Notes under the pieces: generated by a model | Told to the model about the DNA's origin: nothing | Databases searched by the model: none | Seen by the model: the letters and a program-made list of their open reading frames with translations, nothing else | Shown: piece after piece, positions 63,895-64,000 of the stretch | Layout of the letters: every line of letters starts with the position of its first letter | Position numbering within the stretch: position 1 is the stretch's first letter | Assembly (NCBI RefSeq): GCF_964355755.1 | Contig: NC_092671.1 | Span: forward strand, 7,068,001-7,132,000 | DNA: 64,000 nucleotides | Source: Antedon mediterranea | Taxonomy: Eukaryota > Animalia > Echinodermata | Direction of reading: 5' to 3' | Made by a program: the position numbers and the translations under genes

Positions 63895-64000
63895 GTAATA
63901 ATAAATAAATAAAACATATAGCCTATATTCGATCATCCAACACTGAAGACTTGCCCTCGCTCATTGCGCGATATTTGGCCAAATCCAAATTGACCTGACC

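Overview
AT-rich eukaryotic genomic DNA with spliceosomal introns. It is probably an echinoderm, possibly a crinoid; this is inferred from the neuropeptide sequence and the abundant TAGGCCTA motif, not proven. I reconstructed four host genes by hand from GT-AG junctions and reading-frame phase. (1) A two-coding-exon, 112-aa PrRP/sNPF-type neuropeptide precursor (+, 2820-5607; mature peptide ending ILSGQRRPWRY-amide). (2) A complete 21-exon, ~1054-aa natriuretic-peptide-receptor-type membrane guanylyl cyclase (-, 15884-43410). (3, 4) Two tandem secreted carboxyl/cholinesterase-family paralogs (+, 46247-50381, and 59927 to beyond the window). The first esterase ends in an AChE-type WAT tetramerization peptide, yet both lack the choline-binding omega-loop Trp. 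Introns and intergenic space contain several mobile and repeated sequences: a MULE-like foldback element with a 10-bp TSD, a 3.7-kb DNA transposon rebuilt with two copies of its 3' arm, a tandem Helitron2-like dimer, a 7.7-kb CCC-ended EnSpm-like element just upstream of esterase 2, several Harbinger-type MITE families, SINE relics, a degenerate minimal hammerhead motif and two minisatellites, one of them an octamer-site array. No CRISPR, rRNA or tRNA genes were seen. I cannot demonstrate a wholly new system. The best leads are the WAT-tailed non-cholinergic esterases, the neuropeptide gene and the rearranged transposon.
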